From contig CM120648.1 in NCBI GenBank assembly GCA_051362555.1, forward strand, positions 12,582,587 to 12,646,586: 64,000 nucleotides of DNA. Reading direction: 5' to 3'. Positions 1-12,500 of the stretch are shown here, one piece after another. A program made the translations under genes and the position numbers. The notes beneath the pieces are model-generated. The model saw nothing but the letters and a program-made list of their open reading frames with translations, did not search any database and was not told the origin of the DNA. This DNA is from Lingula anatina. Taxonomy: Eukaryota > Animalia > Brachiopoda. Numbering within the stretch: position 1 is the first letter of the stretch; each line of letters starts with the position of its first letter.

Positions 1-380
1 CAGGTATTTATTCTTCACCCAGAAACTGGCCTGCTTTGAAAAAAATTGCCCAGGTATTTAGAAATATTGAACCTACTGGTATAATTCTCACATCTTAACT
101 CACCTTATAAATTGTGGCAAAGTTTTTAATAAAAATTGCATGAAAAACAAATAAACCTACTGGAGCATTTTTACCTTAGTAGAGGATATTAAATGCTAGA
201 CCTTATTAATGTTTTTATTTATTTAATTTTTTTGCACCAATCTTTTTCTGTGTTTTATTATCCTCTTCATTGACCTTATTCAGCTGGTGGGAAATAACCA
301 GGAGGCAGCATTGCCTCTCTGATCCACTAGTTTCTGCTGAATCTTGTGACCACACAAGCTACTGTTAAACATTATTACAG

Positions 381-507
381 ATTGCAGCACAATGAACTGC
401 CTGGGGGCGTGTATAGTCAGAGATCAACACTCCTACTGTCTCTGCCCTGACAGCGTGAAAGATAAAGTTGGCATCTTTGAAGACTCAGCACTATTCATAA
501 CACAGAG
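381..507 (+). CDS. Polycystin exon: Cys-rich EGF-like motif (CSTMNCLGACIVRDQHSYCLCPD...)
   Basis: acag| acceptor, ag|gtgac donor; the only open frame joins exon 2044 in phase. Confidence 0.7.
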
Positions 508-3500
508 GTGACTCAATATATTATAACCACTCACAACATAATATTAATTATTGTCTTTTTCCTTACTGCTCTTGAATTATGTGCTGCTTATTTTTAAGTA
601 ATAGTTTCCTGAATCCTCATTTATATAGAACTTGGCATACTCAATCAACATAATATAGCTTATTGTTAACAAGTTTAAAATGAGTCACGTCATTCAATAG
701 TTAGATTGTTTTTCCTAGGTAAACTTATATCCTTCTATAAAAATAACTTAGAATTAAAAATATACATTAAATGATTGATCTCTAGATGTACTGGGTAGTG
801 TAAGCTGTCTGACCCTGGAGCCAGGGTGTCCATACTTAATTGTCCAGTTGTTTCTCTAGGTGTACTGGTCAGTGTAAGCTGTCTGACCCTGGAGCCAGGG
901 TGTCCATACTTAATTGTCCAGTTGTTTCTCTAGGTGTACTGGTCAGTGTAAGCTGTCTGACCCTGGAGCCAGGGTGTCCATACTTAATTGTCCAGTTGTT
1001 TCTCTAGGTGTACTGGTCAGTGTAAGCTGTCTGACCCTGGAGCCAGTGTGTCCATACTTAATTGTCCAGTTGTTTCTCTAGGTGTACTGGTCAGTGTAAG
1101 CTGTCTGACCCTGGAGCCAAGGTGTCCATACTTAATTGTCCAGTTGTTTCTCTAGGTGTACTGGTCAGTGTAAGCTGTCTGACCCTGGAGCCAGGGTGTC
1201 CATACTTAATTGTCCAGTTGTTTCTCTAGGTGTACTGGTCAGTGTAAGCTGTCTGACCCTGGAGCCAGGGTGTCCATACTTAATTGTCCAGTTGTTTCTC
1301 TAGGTGTACTGGTCAGTGTAAGCTGTCTGACCCTGGAGCCAGGGTGTCCATACTTAATTGTCCAGTTGTTTCTCTAGGTGTACTGGTCAGTGTAAGCTGT
1401 CTGACCCTGGAGCCAGGGTGTCCATACTTGATTGTCCAGTTGTTTCTCTAGGTGTACTGGTCAGTATAAGCTGTCTGACCCTGGAGCCAGGGTGTCCATA
1501 CTTAATTGTCCAGTTGTTTCTCTAGGTGTACTGGTCAGTGTAAGCTGTCTGACCCTGGAGCCAAGGTGTCCATACTTAATTGTCCAGTTGTTTCTCTAGG
1601 TGTACTGGTCAGTTTAAGCTGTCTGACCCTGGAGCCAAGGTGTCCATACTTAATTGTCCAGTTGTTTCTCTAGGTGTACTGGTCAGTGTAAGCTGTCTGA
1701 CCCTGGAGCCAGGGTGTCCATACTTAATTGTCCAGTTGTTTCTCTAGGTGTACTGGTCAGTGTAAGCTGTCTGACCCTGGAGCCAGGGTGTCCATACTTA
1801 ATTGTCCAGTTGTTTCTCTAGGTGTACTGGTCAGTGTAAGCTGTCTGACCCTGGAGCCAAGGTGTCCATACTTAATTGTCCAGTTGTTTCTCTAGGTGTA
1901 CTGGTCAGTTTAAGCTGTCTGACCCTGGAGCCAAGGTGTCCATACTTAATTGTCCAGTTGTTTCTCTAGGTGTACTGGTCAGTGTAAGCTGTCTGACCCT
2001 GGAGCCAGGGTGTCCATACTTAATTGTCCAGTTGTTTCTCTAGGTGTACTGGTCAGTGTAAGCTGTCTGACCCTGGAGCCAAGGTGTCCTTAGAGGCTAT
2101 TTGTTATCACTGTGACCCTATGGACTACCTATGGGACCTCAGCCCAGTGAACACCACAGTGCAGGGACTGGACTGGAGCCAGGACACCACCACAGATAGA
2201 ACAGATAGAGGACTGAGTGTTAAACCAGGTGTTCTTGCACCTGGGGAACTCTACCTGGTCACAGCTAATGGTAAGTAGTGTGAGAACAGATGCAAATTTT
2301 AAGCTTGGTATTAGCCATTTGGGAATACTGTATATTCAGCAATAATGTTTATTCTTGTCACTTGAAGTTGGATTTTACATGTAACTTATGAAGAGAGATA
2401 AAAGCAACTGAATTATGTTGTAACATAAAAAGACTATTTCACTGATTTATTATTAAATCCAAACTGCTTCTTCAAAATAATTCAATACCATACAGATTCA
2501 ATCAGTGTGAAAGCATGAAATCAACTAGTTTCTTCTTTCTTCTGGTACAGTGCTGTCACCATCATATCATGTGTATCTGTACCGGTAGGTACAAGCCAGT
2601 CTGCTGGTACAGTGCTGTCACCATCATGTCATGTGTATCTGTACCGGTAGGTACAAGCCAGTCTGCTGGTACAGTGCTGTCACCATCATATCATGTGTAT
2701 CTGTACCGGTAGGTACAAGCCAGTCTGCTGGTACAGTGCTGTCACCATCATATCATGTGTATCTGTACCGGTAGGTACAAGTCAGTCTGCTGGTACAGTG
2801 CTGTCACCATCATGTCATGTGTATCTGTACTGGTACGTACAAGTCAGTCTGCTGGTACAGTGCTGTCACCATTATGTCATGTGTATCTGTACCGGTAGGT
2901 ACAAGCCAGTCTGCTGGTACAGTGCTATCTACATTATTATGTCAAGTGTGTCTGTAGGTACAAGCCAATCTGCTGGTACAGTGCTGTCTACATTATTATG
3001 TCAACTGTGTCTGTAGGTACAAGCCAATCTGCTGGTACAGTGCTGTCTACATTATTATGTCAACTGTGTCTGTAGGTACAAGCCAATCTGCTGGTACAGT
3101 GCTGTCTACATTATAATGTCAAGTGTGTCTGTAGGTACAAGCCAATCTGCTGGTACAGTGCTGTCTACATTATTATGTCAAGTGTGTCTGTAGGTACAAG
3201 CCAATCTGCTGGTACAGTGCTGTCTACATTATAATGTCAAGTGTGTCTGTAGGTACAAGCCAATCTGCTGGTACAGTGCTGTCTACATTATAATGTCAAG
3301 TGTGTCTGTAGGTACAAGCCAATCTGCTGGTACAGTGCTGTCTACATCATGTCATGTGTGTCTGTACTGGTAGGTACAAGCCAATCTGCTGGTACAGTGC
3401 TGTCAACATCATGTCATGTGTGTCTGTACCGGTAGGTACAAGCCAATCTGCTGGTGCAGTGCTGTCTACATCTTGTTTTATGTGTCTGTAGATACAAGTC

Positions 3501-6500
3501 AATCTGCTTGTACAGTGCTGTATACATCTTGTCTTATGTGTCTGTAGGTACAAGTCAGTCTGCTGGTGCAGTGCTGTCTACATCTTGTCTTATGTGTCTG
3601 TAGGTACAATTAAGTAAGTCTGCTGGTACAGTGCTGTCTACATCTTGTCTTATGTGTCTGTAGGTACAATTAAGGCAGTCTGCTGGTACAGTGCTGTCTA
3701 CATCTTGTCTTATGTGTCTGTAGGTACAATTAAGGCAGTCTGCTGGTACAGTGCTGTCTACATCATGACATATGTGTCTGTAGGTACAAACCAGTCTGCT
3801 GGTACAGTGCTGTCTACATCTTGTCTTATGTGTCTGTAGGTACAATTAAGTCAGTCTGCTGGTAAAGTGCTGTCTACATCTTGTCTTTTGTGTCTGTAGG
3901 TACAATAAAGTCAGTCTGCTGGTAAAGTGCTGTCTACATCTTGTCTTATGTGTCTGTAGGTACAATTTAGTCAGTCTGCTGGTACAGTGCTGTCTACATC
4001 ATGTCATGTGTGTCTGTACTGGTAGGTACAAGCCAATCTGCTGGTACAGTGCTGTCAACATCATGTCACGTGTGTCTGTACCGGTAGGTACAAGCCAATC
4101 TACTGGTGCAGTGCTGTCTACATCTTGTTTTATGTGTCTGTAGGTACAAGTCAGTCTGCTGGTGCAGTGCTGTCTACATCTTGTCTTATGTGTCTGTAGG
4201 TACAAATAAGTCAGTCTGCTGGTACAGTGCTGTCTACATCTTGTCTTATGTGCCTGTAGGTACAATTAAGTCAGTCTGCTGGTACAGAGCTGTCTACATC
4301 TTCAGGGATGCTAGTCTTCCGGTTTTTACCGGAATTCCGGTTTTTTGCGTCCAGTTATAAAATTTTCTGGTACTATATTTTGTTCCGGAATTCTCGTTTT
4401 TAACGTGGTCGCGGACTGGACGAACGATGCGTCAGAGGAACGTCGCATTTCAACCATTGCGACAGAGCTGCGTTTCAACACAATATCTAGTCACAACCGT
4501 AGCACGTGATTTATTTATGGCGCTTGATTGGTTGGAAATGTAGGCTTTAATGTCGGCACCCATGTGGAAAGTTTTGACACCGCGTGCGCGGAATTTTGAA
4601 CTAAACCAAACTAAATGGATTTCGCGGAGAGGGGAACAGACGATATTAGAAACATCGACATTACTGTCAAAAATAGATTTAGTTGGAGTTGGCTGGAGGA
4701 AAAGGACAATAATGACGATTTTTTTTCTACCTATGTTCGGAAGCGAAAGTCCCCCGGAGAAGCTTGGTGTGTATGGTGCAACGACGTGATCCGGTACGGA
4801 AGCAGTGGTAAAAAAGCTCTGAAAAACCATGCTAAAACAACTAAGCATGCCAAAGCACGTAGTTGTCTTTACACATTTTTGTTGCTTGGGCATTACCACG
4901 AAAGCCATTACCAATCTTTGAAAATGTTAAATGAAAGGGATTAACATTTAGTGACTATCATTATCATGCTGGTGATTATCAAGCTTACGTGAGGGATCAT
5001 TACTGTCTACTATGGGTGGTAGGTGTTTATGTACTGATGGCACTTCCATCTTGTCAATGTCAAGATTATCCTTGGAAACAACTGTTGAAAATTACCATGA
5101 AGTTGTGATGACATATATTGCAATATATTTATTAAATAAAATTTGAAATATAGTAATTGTTTCATAATCAATTTGTACCCCCCCCCCCCCCCCCTCTTTG
5201 CCAAAAAAAAGTTCAGGTTTTCTTTCCGGACCCCACTAGCATCCCTGCATCTTGTCTTATGTATCTGTAGGTACAAGTCAGTCTGCTGGTACAGTGCTGT
5301 CTACATCATGTTTCATACAAATGGGGACCAGCCCTAGTCCAGGAATATGCACAGTTTCTCCTTCCACTGGCTTTGAGATTGTCACCAATTTCTCAGTGAA
5401 TTGCTCTGGGTTCAGTGACAGCACTAGTCAACTCCACTATAACTACCATTTTTGAGATGGAGATCCTGCTACCAAGAATCAATCAGGTAACTTATTAGAA
5501 TTTTGTAGATGAATAATTTAAAGCACATGTAGACAACATAATACCCCCAGCTTTAAATTACAAAACAAAACCATTTCATTTTAAATGGCAGTATAGTAAA
5601 ATTGTTAGCCATTTCATTTTAAATGGTAGTTAAATTTGTTAGGTAAGCCGATGTTACAGAATCATAGGATCTGCATAACATATGGTCTTTCGAAATCTCA
5701 ACCAAACTCAAGCCGAATAGATCTGAGTCTGATATGTATGCACATAAGGAGATGAAGAAGCTTTCATGTTTCAGACCTGAAACTCTGTAATATTCCAACA
5801 CTGAGGGTTGACCTGTTCATGTCAACCAATATTTTTGTAAAAATGTTCATATTTCCCTCAGGTATCCTGTTAGGCAGCAGTTCTGGTGGTTTTATCCACA
5901 TCTCTGCCCTGTCTGTGTCTACAGCCAGCGAAAACAGTGAGGGAGAGGTCCGAGTGCATGCTGTCAATGAAGATGGTATGACGACAGTGGTGACTTCCAC
6001 CGTTCAGGTATGTTTACATTTAGCTGTGGGCTGGGGTTAGTGTGTGCATGCTGTCAATGACAGTGCTATGGGGATACTGGTGACTTCCACTGTGGAGATA
6101 ATTTGACATTAAATATGCAGTCCATGTCAACCTGAAGAACTTTCAAACCTACTGGCCCTTTGGGATACCAGGGGCCAAAAATGTACTGGCCTAAAATAAT
6201 ATTAAGGCCAGCAACTGAACAAATTCATATTATTGTACCACCAGTGTAGGCGCTGGCAGTACACATGGTTTTAGTCCCGATCCGTATGTTCCGCCGGCTC
6301 CTGCGGCTCCGCCAGCTCCGCCGCCATGTCACCGTTACCGCTTCTCCTCCTAGACTACAAGGGCCTGCGTACCCATCTCTTGGATTTAGGTCACCTATAA
6401 TCTCAACTCATTCCACATAAAATTTGGGCTTCATCAATGCTGGGGTCTAGGTGTGGCGCTCATTGCAATGCACCCTTGTCCAAAAATGGAAAAATTAAAT

Positions 6501-9500
6501 GCTAATTATCTCCCCTACGGAAGGAATTATGGGAAAAGTTTCTACAGACAGCTGACTGAAAGTCATATGTGGAGATTTCAAATATGTCCTTGGATTTGAC
6601 CTTTGAACTTTATTTCATGGTCAAACGGGTCAAAATTTTCAAAAAAATGAACTTTTTTTATGATAAAAAATTATTTGCGCAGATATTCAGAAACTACACA
6701 GACCTAACCAATAACATTATTGCAAAGTGTTACTCTTTGGGTCATCTTTCATCTCTGTGAAATTGGGGTCAATCGGTGCATTTTCACGGGAGTAGCTGCC
6801 ACAAGATATCGAAACTGAAAACTGTCTCTAATTCGGGAACCATTAAGGCTAGAGACCCATTCTTTTTTGCATTTTGTAGAGCATGTAAAGCCCAACGCTG
6901 GAGGTGCTGTATCAAAAAGTACATTGTGGTGGTGAAAGCAAAATGTGCAGTACGGTAATGTATAATAAATTTTGAACCCCGGAAAAATAAAACATAAGGC
7001 TTGGCAAGGCAGACAACTTTCTAAAATGACATTATTTCATAAATTTGAACATCTAGAACTTCTGAGCACCTACCATTTTAAGAATTTCAACCAAAATGAC
7101 CTTTTATTTATTTTAATTAAATTTTTACTGTAGGAAATTTATGGCACATTTTTGTAACTCCAAAATTGTAAAATTGTGTCCCTTATATCTCCAAAACTGG
7201 CAGAGATAGGTCCATAGTTACTATTAAAGTTGAATAGGAAGTCACATACTGGCAATTTAGCAGTGACTTTGAAATTGACCTTCGACCTACTTTTCACCTA
7301 AAACTGAACTTTGCAAATTTTCACTCCCTTTTATCTCCAAAACTGGCAGAGATAGGGCCATAGTTACTACTGAACTTGAATAGGAAGTCACATACTGGCA
7401 ATCTACAGCTAGGCTTTTTAATCTGTTCTCACTACCGTGATCGTGTCTACGGACACGGTTACTCTTCACCGTGACCAAGCCTACCGCCCACTTTTTGAAC
7501 AATGGAAGTAGGAGGATCGTTTAACAATGGATATTTAGCCAGTCGCGAGGCAGGAGAGCGTGTCCCGATCTCTCAACCTGGCAGGGGGCGACCGTCTTAT
7601 TCAGGAAGCGTGTGCATTTAGGCGTGATGGCATTAATAGCCGCTAATTGCTGTCCGGTAAATATTGCACCGCTTCTTATTACTTCAAAAATCAAAGCATC
7701 TACTTAATGTACTTCGTCAGTTAAACGGGAATATATAAAGCGGGTTTAGCAGAAAATACAATTTAGGCCCCAACCATTACTTTCCCCCCGTCTACCGTCG
7801 TTAACTTTGACGTGTCGACACTAACGACCCCACCATCATCGCACTCTACCACTCCATATCTGTCTGCAAATAATAGTATTTGGCAACATTACACTCAATC
7901 TACAAGTCAATAAAAATAACAAAAATAAATAAATACGCTGTACATTATCATTATTTCAGGACGTGTTTATAAGCCTTGGTTAATTTATGAAAATGTCTTT
8001 TTTTCTAGTTGAATGATATTAAAAAATTTACTATGAAGAGCATCGCCACTACAGAGATTAGGAAGTAAACTCTTCATGGCACTAAGATGGGTGCAAATGT
8101 GTACCCTCTCCAGCACTGTCAAAGGTCCACAAACAAATATACACACATTTGTCAGGACGACAAGATAGATTTCACTACGATGTATCAAGTGTAATAATTG
8201 TTTCATATATATTCTAAATGTTGCTTACTTATAATTGCATTAAGAAAAAATCAGTATATCAATTAATTTAGTTTAAATAAAATCATCTGCAACAGAGGCT
8301 AAAAGCTGTGCACCTGGGACTAAGGGAATGCCTAAGCTTAAACATATTGAAGACAAAGACAACTTCCTTTCTTTTCCGAGGGAACAATAACGGGGGCGAA
8401 AGGAGCAATTACAACGTGCAAACGTGCATCAGATAAGAAGCCCTACAATGTAGTTGCGATTTTATCTGCAATGGTGGTCACAAGCTGGTCTCATCCTTCA
8501 ATGCGATGGAGTTTGATACACCACACATGTAAACATTCATATTTAAGAAAAAATCGAAAAACATTTGTACAACTGGTCTGTGGGACAGTCATTTACTTGT
8601 ATTGAAACTTAAAAAGCATCAAGAAAGGGACTCACTTGTACAGTTGATATTTGAAGAATGACGCCGAAATATTTTCCTGTTCCTGCAGCGTACATTAACT
8701 GTACTTGTGTATACATGTAATTACGTACGTATTTATTCTCCTCTCGAAACATATCGCGCACAATTCTCTCGACAACTATCATCGTTATATGAGGAATGTT
8801 GAGGACATTTTGAAAAACAGGCAGTCTTAAAACAACTTTATCATTATTCTAAATATTTAAATACAAATGCATTTATAAGGGCAAATACTGTATATCATTT
8901 TGCTTGCTTATAGCCCGCATTTCTGAAGAAATGCAGTAAGTCACACTTTACAAAGGTTGAAATGGTGTCGCCGACATAAAACAACCACACTTGGCAATCA
9001 ATGTTATGCTGGAGTTTTGTTAAGTAATGTCAGGCATAGACCTGAAAAGGTTAATTTGATCTACATTAGTGCGTTAAACATCGAAACGAGGTAATTTCTG
9101 GTAGTGCGTCTCCGTCGATAATTAATATACCGGTATGATAGAAGAAAGAGTCTTGACAGTTTCCCTCAAAGTTATCTCTTCATTGTGTCCAGACGGGAGA
9201 TGTGCATTTGCTATACAGTACTAAGCAACGTTCGTACATAAACGTTTATCTAAACACATCTGTCAGGACGTCAAGATAGATTTCACTTAGATGTTTCAAG
9301 TATAATTTCATATTTACTCCAAATGTGGCCTGATTAAAAGTCCATAAAGAAAAACAGCATATCAATTAATTTATTTTAAGTGAAATCATCTGCAACAGAA
9401 GCTAAAAGCTGTGCACCTCGGACTAAGGGACTGCCTTTATTGAACTAAACTCAAACAACTTCCTTCCTTTTCATACAGAACAATAAAGGAGGTGAAAGCG

Positions 9501-12500
9501 GCAATTGCAGTATATATACGTGCATTGTACAGTGTACATCAATTAAGGGGTCCGGTTGCTGTAAAGGGTGTAATTATATATATGTACTCCAATGAGGTCT
9601 TGGTGCGATTTTATGTACTATTAAAACAACCTTATATTAATGTCACTGGGTTCAGCAACAAGAAATTTAATTCACATCTTTCCTATTATGTTAAATGAAA
9701 CAATCAGGGCTGAAGAGGTGGAATGGTTAAATAAATAAGGGGCGGGGGGGGGTATACTTTTTCGAGAGAGCCAGGGCTCAATGCCCCCCAGCACACAAGC
9801 AGGAAAACTAAAGGATTTCTTAAGGAAAATGCAATAAACTGGTTTCAAACTCCCCCCGAGAGTCCAGACTTAAATCCCATAGAAAACATCTGGTCTACGA
9901 TGAAACACCGCTTAAGAAAATACACTAAGCCAAAAACAAAAGATGAACTTATAAGTGGGATGCAGGAATTCTGGAAGACGGTCACAACTGAGGAATGTAT
10001 AAAGTACATAAACCATATAAACAAAGTTATTCCGGAGGTGTTGAAAAGGGAAGGCCGTGCATCCGGATATTAGATTAATGATTATCAGGAGAATGCACTT
10101 TTTCAATTAAATGACTGTTCGTGATAGCCATTTTATTAATTTGCCATTTTTAAAATTTATTTTTTATAAAATTGTTGTAGTTTACTGTATGGACGTTCCG
10201 TGTTAATTGTGAATAAACCGACTATTCATTGACTGCAATACTTTGTTTCATTATATATACATGTAGGTCACATTCCACTTCATTGAAAAAGACAATCACC
10301 GCATAATTCTGCCATATTCATACTTCACTTTTTCAATTGGCTTGAGCATGTTATCGTGACTCTTATCGTTTCACCTAAGCCAAAATAAGATGAAAGGGCA
10401 ACATCGGTAAATTAATTATATTTCATTCAATTACAAAATTCTATTTTTGAAAATGTCTACGAAGTTCGGAATGCGGTGAATAAACAGAAATATCGTCAGT
10501 GCTTGAACCATGGTTAAACCCAACATTTAGTCTTCCATGTCTTAACAAAAGGCACGTGCCGTTCTACACCAGAACAATGCTTGGAACTTGTGGGGCGTAT
10601 GATTGCACAGGCTGCTTGACGGGACACGATGTAGACAGCGGGGAGTCCGAGATGGTTACGATTGATAACTTAACAGCTTAAACTGTCGCTATTTGCCCTG
10701 TTATTATCCACGCGGGGGTTATCAGGAGTCACGGTCGCACTGACCGTGACCTACTGTGAACGGTCTTATTGACCTAGCTGTAAGTGTGATCTTGAAATTG
10801 ACCTTTGACCTACTTTTTACCATGAATTGAACTTTGCAAATTTTCATACCCTTTTATCTCCAAAACTGGCATAGATACACCCATAGTTACCATTAAATTT
10901 GAATAGAAAGTCATTAGAGGCAATTTACTGTGACCTTTAAATTGATCTTTGACCTACTTTTCACCATGAACTGAACTTTGCAAATGTTTGTTCCCTTTTA
11001 TCTCCAAAACTGGCAGAGATATGCCCATAGTTACTATTAAATTTGAATAGAAAGTCATTAGAGGCAATTTACTGTGACCTTTAAATTAACCTTTGACCTA
11101 TTTTTCACCATGAACTGAACTTTGCAAATTTCCGTTCCCTTTTATCTCCAAAACTGGCAGAGATATGTCCATAGTTACTATTGAACTTCTTATACTATGA
11201 TATTGAAATTTACCTTTGACCTACTTTTTCACCATAAACTGAGCCTTGCATATTTTCTTGCCTCTCATATCTTCAAAACTAGCAGAGATGTGCCCGTTGT
11301 TGCCCCTAGGTTTTCTCTTTTGTCAGCATATATGCACCACTGACAACACATTTCAAGGAAAACCAATAGGCCTTTTTTTTTAAATTTTTTTATTGCATAT
11401 CTCAACAAAAAATACAAAATTGATAAATAACTAAATAAAAATCACTCTCACTCACTCTCTCACTTACTCACAAAGAGACTCAGTCATTTGCAATATATAT
11501 ATATAGATAGATAGATATTGTATCATTTAAAATATTTGTCAACAATGATATATAATCTAATAGTAAAATACTTGATATAATATAATAACTAATTAATACT
11601 ATGATCTAATTCAGATAAAAACTAATATGTGTTTTACTATCAAATATCTGCAGGGGAACATACCATAGAAGATATCAGTCCAGGAAGAGAGGCTGCAACT
11701 TTTTCCATTTTTCATTAAATCTATCTATTGTCATATTTCTTAGACTTATATTTCTCTCTGCGATGTAGGCCTGTCTCCATTCTGTTTTAATATTTTCTAT
11801 GTTCGGGGTAATGTTTTTTATTTATATATTTCATATATTTCATATATAATAAATTTTGTTATGATCAGCAAACTGTTGAGTGCATTGCACTTCAAATTTG
11901 GAATTCCTAGAATCATATCAGATGCTGTTGATTGTAATACTTGTCCAGTCTTTAAGTGGATCCAGTCTTGTATTTGTGCCCAAAGGGGAGCAATTACTTT
12001 GCACTCAATAAATAATTAGTGTTGAATAGTTTCAGTGTGTTCATTACAGAAGGAGCAGGTCTCTGTGTCTTTAAGCCAATTTTTCGTAAAAAATTATTTG
12101 TAGCTAAAATTCTTTTTGATACTCTAAATTGAAACCAGCGCAGTTTAGTATCTAAAGTACATTGGAAAGCAATGTTATTCAAGATTTTCCACTCTTCAGC
12201 TGTGAGAGGTTCTTTAGAAAAGAGTTCCCATTTTGACATTGCATTAGTCTTTTTCATTTCGTTTGAGTTCAAAATATTGTAAAAAGAATTCCCTCCTTTT
12301 GTAAATTTAAGTAACCATTAAAGTTGGGTTGAAATTATAGGGAGCTCAATTTTTTCGTGTAAATTATCTAAATTCATTTGTTTTTGAAATTTTTTTTACT
12401 GCACATAGTATACTTGTGAATGTAACATAGTTTATTATATTCCCGTGCCTGAACTGTTCATATGTGAGGTAATTTCCCTCTGTATCTATCAAGTCATTTA

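Larger units (their letters stand above)
6231..11340 (+). mobile_element. Helentron-type non-autonomous element family A (DINE-1/HINE-like), copy 1, interrupted by Tc1 and lacking its 3' end
   Basis: Same 5' end (tattgtaccacc..gcgctgg) and body as 19979 and 31076; 146-bp central repeats. Confidence 0.85.

Noticed and set aside
786-4302. CRISPR-like appearance of regular repeats
   Set aside because: Head-to-tail tandem units with no unique spacers, no cas genes, eukaryotic intron context.
2515-4360. Multiple Cys-rich ORFs on both strands
   Set aside because: Translations of the ~60-bp tandem repeat.
5453-5455. Selenocysteine recoding of the TGA
   Set aside because: No SECIS recognisable in the AT-rich 3' region and polycystins are not known selenoproteins; not supportable by eye.
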